From: Bacteroidetes bacterium 2013_40CM_41_45
GTDB taxonomy: Bacteria > Bacteroidota > Bacteroidia > AKYH767-A > 2013-40CM-41-45
DNA: 64,000 nucleotides
Direction of reading: 5' to 3'
Assembly (NCBI GenBank): GCA_002215675.1
Contig: NGFH01000002.1
Span: 221,887 to 285,886 of the forward strand
In this document: positions 20,839 to 30,400 of the stretch, piece by piece
Numbering within the stretch: the first letter of the stretch is position 1
How the letters are laid out: each line of letters begins with the position of its first letter
Program-made: the position numbers and the translations under genes
The notes under the pieces: generated by a model
The model's input: the letters and a program-made list of their open reading frames with translations, nothing else
Databases searched by the model: none
What the model was told of the DNA's origin: nothing

Positions 20839-21360
20839 TTATTGAGCAGCAGGAACCTTTTTAACTTGCTCGAACAGTTCGTCTTCATTGCCGTCAACAT
20901 ATCCTACGTGCTGCCATATAATTTCACCCTTGCCGTTAACCAAAAAAGTGTGAGGAGGCATATTTACATTGAGCGAGCGTTTGAAATCTGAATTAGGATC
21001 GAGCAAAAATTCATAGGGCCATTTGCGCCCGTTCACAAACGGAGTTACGCGCTGTGAGGTGCGGGCATCGTCAATAGATACGGCAACGAGTTTTACACCG
21101 GTTTCTTTTTGCCACTGGGGATACACATCAGCAATATTGTTCAACTCTTCAATGCAGGGTTTACACCATGTAGCCCAAAAGCTGATGATGATGGGTTTGC
21201 CATCGTTTGAAATAGAAGACGTATTGGTAGCTTCTCCCTGTAGTGTTTTAACGGCAACAGAAGGAATGCTTCTGCCTTTCGCAGGGCTTTGGGCAAGAGC
21301 GGAAAATGCAAAAAAGCAACCGGCAGCAATAAAAGATGCTATTATACTTTTTAATTTCAT
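20839..21360 (-). CDS. TlpA/ResA-family thiol-disulfide oxidoreductase
   Basis: FWATWCKPC thioredoxin active site, 173 aa with signal peptide. Confidence 0.85.
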   Translation of the reverse strand: MKLKSIIASFIAAGCFFAFSALAQSPAKGRSIPSVAVKTLQGEATNTSSISNDGKPIIISFWATWCKPCIEELNNIADVYPQWQKETGVKLVAVSIDDARTSQRVTPFVNGRKWPYEFLLDPNSDFKRSLNVNMPPHTFLVNGKGEIIWQHVGYVDGNEDELFEQVKKVPAAQ

Positions 21361-21465
21361 GGACCTGTTTTTCTAAGAATTAATTGACAAACCCGGACGA
21401 AAAAACGGAATGATTAGATTTTAACAATATGGAAGTGCAAAGCTATCAAAAATAGTTCCAGCCCA

Positions 21466-21498
21466 TTTGGATATATTAAATTAAATAAGTTATCTTTG
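21466..21498 (+). promoter_or_regulatory. putative Bacteroidota sigma-A promoter (TTTG ...21 nt... TATCTTTG)
   Basis: -33-like TTTG at 21466-21469 and -7 TAnnTTTG at 21491-21498, 47 nt upstream of ATG 21546. Confidence 0.3.
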
Positions 21499-21545
21499 AA
21501 GTTCCATTTTAAACCTGTATTTAATTTAACTTAAAAATCAGTAAC

Positions 21546-23249
21546 ATGAAAAAACATTTACTTGTACTATTATTTGCCACAATGCTTTTAGCTGCAGGGC
21601 AAAACGCCAGTGCACAGTTAGCTAATGGGTGCATTGCCCCCAACTTTATAGCTAATGATATCAATGGCAATCCATGGAACTTGTATTCTATCCTTAGCCA
21701 GGGGAAGACAGTTTTTATTGACATTTCTGCAACCTGGTGCTATCCATGTTGGGTTTATCATAATTCGGGTAATCTTGAAAACCTGTACAACACATATGGA
21801 CCTCCGGGTACCAACGAGGTGATGGTTTTCTACATTGAAGGAGATGCCAATACTTCAACAGCTTGCCTGTACGGGCCTGCCGGTCCGTGCGCTTCCAGTA
21901 CCAGCACACAAGGCGATTGGGTAACGGGAACTCCGTATCCGATTATTGATAATGCATCTATCGCAAACAGTTACCAGATTACATATTTCCCGTCTATCTT
22001 TATGATTACTCCGGACAAAATCTGCAGGGAAAACAGTCAGATTACAACGGCTCAGCATTATGCAGCCATGCAGCAATATTCATTTCCTGCCATTGCTACT
22101 GCCGATGCAGGAGTTAGCTGGGGATGCAGCATGAACCAGAATGTTTCAGGATGCTCTGGCGCTTCCATGACGGTACGCCTTTTCAATTATTCTACCAGCC
22201 CGCTTACATCAGCTACCATTGAAGTTTCTGTCAACAGCGTTGTACAGCAAACCATTCCATGGACCGGAAATCTTGCAACCTATGCTTATGCAACTGTTAA
22301 TATTACAGGAGTTACAGGTTCCGTTGGTCCTAATACTGCTGACATTACTGTTACCGGAGCTAACGGAGGTGCTGATACTCGTGCAGCCAATAACAGTACC
22401 TCTATTCCGTTTACAATTTATGCCAACGCAGGGGGCCCTGCTGTTACAGAGGCATTTCCTACTGCAACTTTTCCTCCGTCAGGATGGACGTTGTCCAATG
22501 GCGGAAGCCCGTATACCTGGGATTATTCATCAGTTGGATCCAGCAACCCCGGTTCTGCAATTATGGATTTCTACGAGGCCACGGCCGGAGATATGGACGT
22601 TCTATCATTGCCCCCAATGAATTTCACAGGTTACAGCGCAGCAACGTTGACGTTTGACCGTTCACATCAGCAGTATGGCTCTGGCAATGTTGACAACCTC
22701 AAAATAAAAGTATCAACAAATTGTGGTGCTTCATGGGCTACTCCTTATAACAAATCAAGCTCCCAAAACTTAGCTACCGGCCTTACCAGCGTACTTGGAT
22801 ATTCCCCCGCAAATACTCCATGGGTACCGAGTCTGTCCACAGATTGGGCTTCTGACAATGTTAATTTGAATTCGTATCTCGGAAATGGTGTGGTGATTAT
22901 TAAGTTTGAAGCCAACAGCGGTTATGGTAACAATTTGTACATTGATAATGTTAATGTGAATCTCATTACCTCAACAGGAGACATTGTTACTGTTCCGGTT
23001 CATTTTGAATTGTATCCAAACCCGGCTACAAACTCTGCTTCGGTTTCATTGCAGCTTAACCGCACAAGCGATGTTACCGTTAATGTTGTCAATGCATTGG
23101 GACAGGTAGTTCAGTCTACTTTGAATCCGAATCTTTCGGCAGCCGAGCATACCTTTACTATTAACACCCGAAATTTAAGCCCGGGTGTTTACAACGTAAA
23201 CATTATTTCTTCTGAAGGCGTTACTTCAAGAAAACTTATTAAAGAATAA
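21546..23249 (+). CDS. secreted thioredoxin-like (Omp28-related) protein with T9SS type-A C-terminal sorting domain
   Basis: Signal peptide, ATWCYPCW motif, C-terminal ..YPNPATNSASVSL..GVYNVNIISSEG..KLIKE Por_Secre_tail pattern. Confidence 0.6.
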   Translation: MKKHLLVLLFATMLLAAGQNASAQLANGCIAPNFIANDINGNPWNLYSILSQGKTVFIDISATWCYPCWVYHNSGNLENLYNTYGPPGTNEVMVFYIEGDANTSTACLYGPAGPCASSTSTQGDWVTGTPYPIIDNASIANSYQITYFPSIFMITPDKICRENSQITTAQHYAAMQQYSFPAIATADAGVSWGCSMNQNVSGCSGASMTVRLFNYSTSPLTSATIEVSVNSVVQQTIPWTGNLATYAYATVNITGVTGSVGPNTADITVTGANGGADTRAANNSTSIPFTIYANAGGPAVTEAFPTATFPPSGWTLSNGGSPYTWDYSSVGSSNPGSAIMDFYEATAGDMDVLSLPPMNFTGYSAATLTFDRSHQQYGSGNVDNLKIKVSTNCGASWATPYNKSSSQNLATGLTSVLGYSPANTPWVPSLSTDWASDNVNLNSYLGNGVVIIKFEANSGYGNNLYIDNVNVNLITSTGDIVTVPVHFELYPNPATNSASVSLQLNRTSDVTVNVVNALGQVVQSTLNPNLSAAEHTFTINTRNLSPGVYNVNIISSEGVTSRKLIKE

Positions 23250-23261
23250 CTGAGTTATAAA

Positions 23262-23298
23262 TCTCCTCACTCTTTGGGTGAGGAGATTTATTTTTATA
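23262..23298 (+). terminator. rho-independent terminator
   Basis: tctcctcac-loop-gtgaggaga hairpin followed by T-run. Confidence 0.6.
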
Positions 23299-23316
23299 AA
23301 ACAGAAAAAAGTTGCT

Positions 23317-24024
23317 ATGAAAAAAGTATTACTCGCGTTATTGCTGGTACTTGCATATGCCGGCAGCCGGGCTCAATCGTTTACTCTGGTAAACCCTCAG
23401 ATCAACTATTCTAACCCAAACCTTTCTCAAGTAACTCAGGGTTTCCTGACCGTTCATAATGGTGCATCGTTTGCAAAAGACGTTAAGGTGCAAAGGATGG
23501 TTAACAATCTTGTACCGGGTCATACCGGTTATTTTTGTTGGGATGTTTGCTATTCACCCCCTATAAGTATATCCGCCAATTCTGTTACTATACAGGCCAA
23601 TACAGATGATTACCATTTTTATTGTGATATAGACCCGCACGGAGTTGCAGGAATGGACACAGTTTGTTATAGGTTTTTTGATGACAATGATGCTAATGAC
23701 TATGTCGACATTTGTCTCTATTTTGATTTAGGCAGTACAGGCGTTGTTTCCCTAAATGCTTCACAGAAAAATCCATTGTCTGTTGCATCGCCCAATCCTG
23801 CAAACACCTTCAGCGGAATAAATTATTATACCGATGTAACTAAAAATCCAATGCTGGTTGTCTACGACTTGCTCGGAGGAAAAGTGTTTGAAACAAACCT
23901 GTTGCAAAGACAAGGTGCTTATATTCTTAATGTCGCAGATTTAAAGCAGGGCATTTATCTCTATTCTTTAATTGAGAATGGAAAAACTGTAGCAACCCAA
24001 AAGCTAGTGGTTGCTCATAAGTAA
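23317..24024 (+). CDS. T9SS type-A CTD secreted protein, unknown function
   Basis: Signal peptide MKKVLLALLLVLAYAGSRAQ, C-terminal ..GIYLYSLIENGKTVATQKLVV sorting-domain pattern. Confidence 0.55.
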   Translation: MKKVLLALLLVLAYAGSRAQSFTLVNPQINYSNPNLSQVTQGFLTVHNGASFAKDVKVQRMVNNLVPGHTGYFCWDVCYSPPISISANSVTIQANTDDYHFYCDIDPHGVAGMDTVCYRFFDDNDANDYVDICLYFDLGSTGVVSLNASQKNPLSVASPNPANTFSGINYYTDVTKNPMLVVYDLLGGKVFETNLLQRQGAYILNVADLKQGIYLYSLIENGKTVATQKLVVAHK

Positions 24025-24050
24025 GAGCATTTTTAAGTTACTTTAAAACG

Positions 24051-24092
24051 GCATCCGCATCCGTCAATCCCGACTGATGCGGATGTTTTTTT
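24051..24092 (+). terminator. rho-independent terminator
   Basis: 10-bp perfect stem catccgcatc / gatgcggatg followed by T7. Confidence 0.6.
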
Positions 24093-24121
24093 AGTAGCTT
24101 TGTCAGCTATCATTTTTTATA

Positions 24122-26395
24122 ATGTCCAAGACAAATCTGAGCCAGGAAGCGCTTGATTACCACTCGCAGGGAAGGCCGGGAAAAATTGAAGTAGTTCCCA
24201 CAAAACCATACAGTTCGCAGCGCGATTTATCGCTCGCCTATTCTCCGGGTGTTGCCGAACCCTGCCGCGAAATTGCGGAGGATAGTTCAAAGGTTTATAA
24301 GTACACAACCAAGGGAAACCTGGTAGCTGTTATTTCCAATGGCACTGCCGTTCTGGGATTAGGCCATATCGGTCCGCTTGCGGCAAAGCCTGTGATGGAA
24401 GGCAAAGGGCTGCTGTTTAAAATCTTTGCCGATATAGATGTGTTCGATATTGAAATCAACGAAACGGATGTGGACGCTTTTGTAAAAACCGTAAAAGCAA
24501 TCTCACCCACTTTCGGAGGAATAAACCTGGAGGATATTAAGGCCCCCGAATGTTTTGAAATTGAAAAGCGGTTAAAAGCCGAGCTCGATATTCCTATTAT
24601 GCATGATGACCAGCACGGAACGGCAATTATTTCAGGCGCTGCTCTTTTAAATGCTCTTGAAGTTGCCGGTAAAAAAATTGATAAGGTTCACATTGTGGTT
24701 AACGGTGCGGGCGCTTCAGCCATTTCATGCGCCAAACTTTACCTGGCACTTGGAGCGAAAAAAGAAAATATGATTATGCTCGACAGCAAGGGAGTGATTC
24801 ACGTTAATTCCAAAAACCTGGATGAGAGCAAAAAGTTTTTCGCCACTGCAAAGCACGTCCGCTCGCTGAAGGATGCGCTGAAGGGCGCTGATGTTTTTCT
24901 TGGTCTTTCGAAAGGAAATGTTCTGAATGCATCCATGATACAGGACATGGCAAAGAACCCTATAATATTTGCGTTGGCTAATCCTGACCCTGAAATTTCT
25001 TACGAGGCAGCACATGCAGCGCGAAAGGATGCCATCATTGCCACCGGCCGTTCCGACTATCCTAACCAGGTGAATAACGTGCTGGGCTTCCCGTTTATTT
25101 TCAGGGGAGCGCTTGATGTCCGCGCAAAACAGATTAACGAAGAAATGAAACTTGCTGCAGTGCGTGCCATCGCAAACCTTGCACGCGAAAGTGTTCCTGA
25201 AATCGTGAACCTGGCATACAATAAAAAAAATATTTCGTTCGGTAAAGAATACATCATACCCAAGCCATTGGACCCGCGGCTCATTACTACAGTGGCCCCG
25301 GCAGTTGCCAAAGCTGCAATGGATTCGGGTGTTGCAAAGCTGGCAATAAAAAACTGGGATGCTTATAATGAAGACCTTATAAAGCGCCTTGGATTGGATA
25401 ATAAAATTATTCGCGTGCTTACTACCAAAGCACGCCAGAATCCTCAACGCGTGGTATTTGCAGAAGCTGATACATATAAGATTCTTAAGGCAGCGCAGAT
25501 TGTGCGCGATGAAGGTATTGCAAAGCCGATACTGCTGGGTAATGTTCAGAAGATTAAGAAAATAATTGAGCAGAATAAACTTGACCTGGGCAATACGCCT
25601 ATGATTAACCCTCGCATGGAAGAGGAAAAAAGAATTGAATACGGGGAATTGTTTTTTGAAAAGCGCAGGAGACGGGGCTATACATTATATGAGGCGCGCA
25701 AAATCATGAACGAAAGAAATTACTACGGAGCCATGATGGTGGAAACCGGTGAAGCCGATGCATTGATTTCCGGGCTGACCAGAAAATACAGTGATACCAT
25801 TCGTCCTTCGCTGCAGATTATCGGCACACAGGAAGGGGTGGGTAAAGTTGCCGGTATGTATATACTGGTTACAAAAAAAGGCCCTGTGTTTTTTGCCGAC
25901 ACCACCATTAATATAGATCCAACGGCAGAAGAGCTGGTAGAAATCACCATGCTCACGGCAAATGCCATTTCACAATTCAATGTAAAGCCGCGCATTGCAT
26001 TGCTCTCGTATTCCAATTTCGGTTCCAATGAAGACCCTAATGCACGTAAGGTGCGCGATGCCGTAGCTATTTTGCATCAACGTTACCCGGGCTTGCTCGT
26101 AGATGGAGAAATGCAGGCAAACTTTGCCTTGAACACACAGCTTTTGAAGGACAATTTTCCGTTCAGTGTGCTTGGTGAGGAAGGCGCCAATACGCTCATC
26201 TTTCCCAACCTGGATGCCGGAAATATTGCCTACAAATTATTGCAGGAAATGGGCGCGGCAGAAGCCATTGGCCCTGTGCTGCTAGGCATTAAAAAACCGG
26301 TTCACGTGCTGCAGTTGGGCAGTTCCGTCCGCGAAATTGTTAATATGATTACTATTGCGGTTGTAGACGCCCAATCGAGGAAATCTGTCGTCTAA
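24122..26395 (+). CDS. maeB: NADP-dependent malic enzyme (malic enzyme + PTA-like domain)
   Basis: 757 aa; malic enzyme N-terminal/NAD-binding domains then phosphate acetyltransferase-like C-terminal half. Confidence 0.9.
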   Translation: MSKTNLSQEALDYHSQGRPGKIEVVPTKPYSSQRDLSLAYSPGVAEPCREIAEDSSKVYKYTTKGNLVAVISNGTAVLGLGHIGPLAAKPVMEGKGLLFKIFADIDVFDIEINETDVDAFVKTVKAISPTFGGINLEDIKAPECFEIEKRLKAELDIPIMHDDQHGTAIISGAALLNALEVAGKKIDKVHIVVNGAGASAISCAKLYLALGAKKENMIMLDSKGVIHVNSKNLDESKKFFATAKHVRSLKDALKGADVFLGLSKGNVLNASMIQDMAKNPIIFALANPDPEISYEAAHAARKDAIIATGRSDYPNQVNNVLGFPFIFRGALDVRAKQINEEMKLAAVRAIANLARESVPEIVNLAYNKKNISFGKEYIIPKPLDPRLITTVAPAVAKAAMDSGVAKLAIKNWDAYNEDLIKRLGLDNKIIRVLTTKARQNPQRVVFAEADTYKILKAAQIVRDEGIAKPILLGNVQKIKKIIEQNKLDLGNTPMINPRMEEEKRIEYGELFFEKRRRRGYTLYEARKIMNERNYYGAMMVETGEADALISGLTRKYSDTIRPSLQIIGTQEGVGKVAGMYILVTKKGPVFFADTTINIDPTAEELVEITMLTANAISQFNVKPRIALLSYSNFGSNEDPNARKVRDAVAILHQRYPGLLVDGEMQANFALNTQLLKDNFPFSVLGEEGANTLIFPNLDAGNIAYKLLQEMGAAEAIGPVLLGIKKPVHVLQLGSSVREIVNMITIAVVDAQSRKSVV

Positions 26396-26438
26396 ATACT
26401 TATAATAATATCAGTAAAACCACGTTTAAGCGGCTTAA

Positions 26439-27023
26439 ATGTATAATCACCTGTCGGGAAATATAACGCAGTTAAATCCGTCAATGGCAGTCATTGATTG
26501 TAACGGAGTAGGATATGTTTTGTCTATTTCTTTAAACTGCTATACTAAAATTAACGGAAAGAAAAATGCAACGCTTCTCACGCATCTCCAGGTTTCTGAA
26601 GATGCACATGTGCTATACGGATTTCACGATGAGCAAGAGCGCAGGTTATTCCGTCACTTACTTTCTGTATCCGGAATCGGGGCTAAAACAGCAATGGCAA
26701 TTATTTCATCTGCATCGCCTGACCTGATTATGCGTGCCATCATAACCGACAACGTGCAACAGCTTCAGACCTTAAAAGGAGTAAGCGAAAAAACAGCACA
26801 GAAGATTATAATAGAGCTGAAGAAAAAAATAAGCAAGGAAGATTTTCCTTCTGTGGCGATGCGTGAAAAAATCCCTTCGCGCGATGAGGCGCTTGCCGCA
26901 CTTTCCACACTTGGTTTTCCAAGAACCGTTTCCGAAAGGGCAGTGGACACGATTCTTTCATCGAACAACGGAAAAGAAATAGGAGTGGAGGAACTGCTAA
27001 AATTAGCATTGAAAAATATTTAG
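26439..27023 (+). CDS. ruvA: Holliday junction DNA helicase RuvA
   Basis: 194 aa; MYNHLSGNI.., HhH motifs LLSVSGIGAKTA, C-terminal domain III. Confidence 0.9.
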   Translation: MYNHLSGNITQLNPSMAVIDCNGVGYVLSISLNCYTKINGKKNATLLTHLQVSEDAHVLYGFHDEQERRLFRHLLSVSGIGAKTAMAIISSASPDLIMRAIITDNVQQLQTLKGVSEKTAQKIIIELKKKISKEDFPSVAMREKIPSRDEALAALSTLGFPRTVSERAVDTILSSNNGKEIGVEELLKLALKNI

Positions 27024-27037
27024 GAAAAAAATGTTCA

Positions 27038-27057
27038 CGCAAAGGCGCAAAGACGCG
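27038..27057. repeat. left arm of perfect 20-bp inverted repeat (cgcaaaggcgcaaagacgcg) bracketing GxxExxY gene
   Basis: Exact reverse complement of 27450-27469; 7 nt upstream of ATG 27065. Confidence 0.9.
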
Positions 27058-27064
27058 GAGAAAA

Positions 27065-27442
27065 ATGACGGAAAACGAAATATCTGCTGTGCTTGTAAAT
27101 ATGTTTCTAAAAATACATCGGCAGTTAAGGCCGGGATTATTGGAGTCAATTTATGAGGAAGTGATTTGCTACGAGTTAAGGAAGGCTGGCCTTGCATTTA
27201 AGAGACAGCAGGGAATGGTGGTGATGTATGACGAGCTAAAAATGGATTTAGGATTTCGTTCTGATGTTATTGTTGATGATAAAGTAATCATAGAAATAAA
27301 ATCAGTAGATATATTGGCACCTGTACATCATAAGCAATTGCTTACTTATCTTCGGCTTACGAATTTGAAATTGGGATTACTTGTGAATTTCAATGTCGAT
27401 TTAATTAAGAATGGAATAACCAGAATTGTAAATAACCTATGA
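27065..27442 (+). CDS. GxxExxY protein (PD-(D/E)XK nuclease superfamily)
   Basis: GLLESIYEE motif, ..DVIVDDKVIIEIK.. PD-(D/E)XK core; 125 aa. Confidence 0.85.
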   Translation: MTENEISAVLVNMFLKIHRQLRPGLLESIYEEVICYELRKAGLAFKRQQGMVVMYDELKMDLGFRSDVIVDDKVIIEIKSVDILAPVHHKQLLTYLRLTNLKLGLLVNFNVDLIKNGITRIVNNL

Positions 27443-27449
27443 GCGCCTT

Positions 27450-27469
27450 CGCGTCTTTGCGCCTTTGCG
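27450..27469. repeat. right arm of perfect 20-bp inverted repeat (cgcgtctttgcgcctttgcg)
   Basis: Reverse complement of 27038-27057; 7 nt downstream of stop. Confidence 0.9.
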
Positions 27470-27495
27470 AGAAATAAAAAAAACGGATAACCTTC

Positions 27496-30400
27496 ATGCT
27501 CAGAACAGCCGTAAAATATTTTACCATCATCTCTTTGGTTCTTTTTTTGTTGAACTGGGGATGGGCTGCCGTAAACAAGGGCATCACTTCAGCTTCAAAG
27601 TACAAAGAAATTTTCGGGCATAATTTTTCAGTGCGCCTTGATTCCGATACCACATCATTGCCCTATCCTTTCACAGACCGTTACGGAGATAAGTACGGTC
27701 CCACGCAAACCCAGCGCGATTTGTTTTTGCACGACCCTTCCAACGTAAAAGAAACTATAGAATATGACCCGAAGGAAGGCGTTTACAATATTGAAGAGCG
27801 GATGGGAAATCTTTTTTACCGTAATCCGTCTTACCTGACGTTTGATGAGTTTGTAGAAAACGAATTCCGCTCATCCACTAAAAAATACTGGCGCAACCGT
27901 TCTGAAGAAGGGGGAACTGCAAACAAGAAGGGACTGATACCCAAAATATTCGTTAAGAGCCAGGTCTTCGACCGCATTTTTGGCGGCAACACTATTGACA
28001 TCCGCCCGCAAGGCTCTGCGGAACTGACATTCGGAGTAAACATTTCGCGGAATGACAACCCCGCACTTCCCGAAAAGCAAAGGAAGATTACCACGTTCGA
28101 CTTCAAGGAAAAAATACAGATGAATGTGATTGGCAACATTGGTGACAAGATGAAGCTGCAGACCAATTACAACACAGAAGCGACTTTTGATTTCGAGAAT
28201 AAAATGAAACTGGAGTACACCGGTTACGAAGACGAAATCATAAAAAAGATTGAAGCCGGAAACGTAAGCCTGCCGCTGCGCGGAACGCTGATTACCGGTA
28301 GCCAGAGCTTGTTCGGGTTAAAAACAGAATTGCAGTTTGGACGAATGACCGTTACAAGTATTTTCTCCCAGCAAAAAGGCAAAACACAATCCGTAGATGT
28401 GCAGGGAGGGGCGCAGACGAGCTTCTTTGAAATAAAAGGCGACCAGTACGAAGCCAACCGGCACTATTTCCTGGCGCAGTATTTCCGCAACTTGTATGAC
28501 CACGCATTATCAAACTTGCCCATTGTGCAATCGGGGATTAACATTACAAGAATAGAAGTTTGGGTAACCAACCGCACAAGCGTTGTTGAAAACACGCGTG
28601 ATATTGTTGCGTTTATGGATTTGGGAGAATCGAACTTTGATACCAGCGCGCAACTTATCACTTCGTCAATTCCAAATTCTCCTCCCTTTGATAGTTCAAA
28701 CTCATTATATACAAACATAGCTAATAATATCAGTGGCGGCTTGTCAGCATTGCGTAACCTGAATCAATCTCCTGCCTTGACCGGACTAAATCATTTAAGC
28801 AATACATTCAATTTTACCGACCCCAAAAATGTTGTTACTGTAAACTTTGCAAGAAAACTTAACCCGAATGAGTTTACATTAAACAGCCGCCTCGGTTATA
28901 TTTCACTTAACCAGGCATTGAATGCCGATGAAGTTCTTGCCGTTGCCTTTGAATATACTTTGAACGGGCATACCTACCATGTGGGTGATTTTTCTACCGG
29001 AGGTATTAATGCTCCGCAAGCTTTATTTGTAAAGATGCTTAAGAGCACCAACGTTTCCACGAACCTGTTTACGTGGGACCTGATGATGAAAAATATTTAT
29101 TCATTGGGCACCTATAATCTCAGTAACCAGGATTTCCGGCTCGATGTTTTGTTTCTCGATGATAACATTGGTTCATACATCAATTATATTCCTGAAGGTT
29201 GTGCAAGCGCAAAGGGAGTTCCATTGCTCACGCTCTTCAATATGGACCGCCTTAACTCCAACAACGACCAGCAACCCGATGGTGTTTTCGATTTTGTTGA
29301 CGGAGTAACGGTGAACCGCGCCAACGGAAGAATTATTTTCCCGGTGCTGGAGCCCTTTGGTGATTATCTGAAAGGCAAGTTTTGTAATGACACTATTCTT
29401 GCTTCGCGCTATTGCTACTTTGCATTGTACGATTCAACTAAAAGCAAAGCGCAGCAGCAGCCCGAAAAAAATAAATTCTTGCTCAAGGGAAGTTACCAGG
29501 GAAGTTCGGGTTCTGAAATTCCTTTGAACGCGGTAAATATTCCCGAGGGCTCGGTAAAGGTTACTGCCGGCGGTGTTCCGCTCACTGAAAATGTTGACTA
29601 CACCGTTGACTATACGCTGGGCCGGGTTAAAATCATCAATGCAGGATTGCTTAGCTCCAATGCTCCCATTCACGTATCGCTTGAAAGCAATGCGCTCTTC
29701 AGCATACAGACAAAAACACTTTTAGGGTCCCGGTTCGATTATACATTCAACAAGGACTTTGCCGTGGGAGGCACCATTATGCGCCTGTCCGAGCGGCCCC
29801 TCACCAATAAAATTACCATTGGTGACGAGCCCATTGCAAACACTATCTGGGGTGTTGACGGAACGTACCGTACTAGCTCGCGGCTTCTTACAAAGCTGGT
29901 AGACAGAATACCTTTCATCAATACAAAAGAAGAATCCAACATTACCTTCAACGGGGAATTTGCCGATTTAATACCGGGGCATTCAAAAGCAGTTGGGTCT
30001 ACCGGCACCTCTTATATCGATGATTTTGAAGGAAGCAAAACACCTATAGACATCAAGAGCCCATCGAGCTGGATTCTTTCCAGTACACCGCAGGGGCAGT
30101 TTCCCGAAGCAGATTATATTGACAGTTTGCCCTATGGCTTTAACCGCGCAAAACTTGCCTGGTATTATATAGACCCGCTTTTCCAGAAGCGCATCAACGG
30201 TGTGACACCGGATGCTCAATATCTTACAGATGACGACATGCGAAATCATTTTGTCCGTGAGATTCCTGAACAGGAAATTTTCCCCAACAAAGCAGTAAGG
30301 AATAATCAGCCTACAACATTAACCTGCCTTAATCTTGCCTTTTATCCTAAGGAAAGAGGTCCCTACAATTATGATATGAGTTCCACATCCATCAATCCCG

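Noticed and set aside
24725-25447. 240-aa Cys/His-rich minus-strand ORF
   Set aside because: Antisense to the maeB coding region; composition reflects the reverse complement of a real gene, no independent support.
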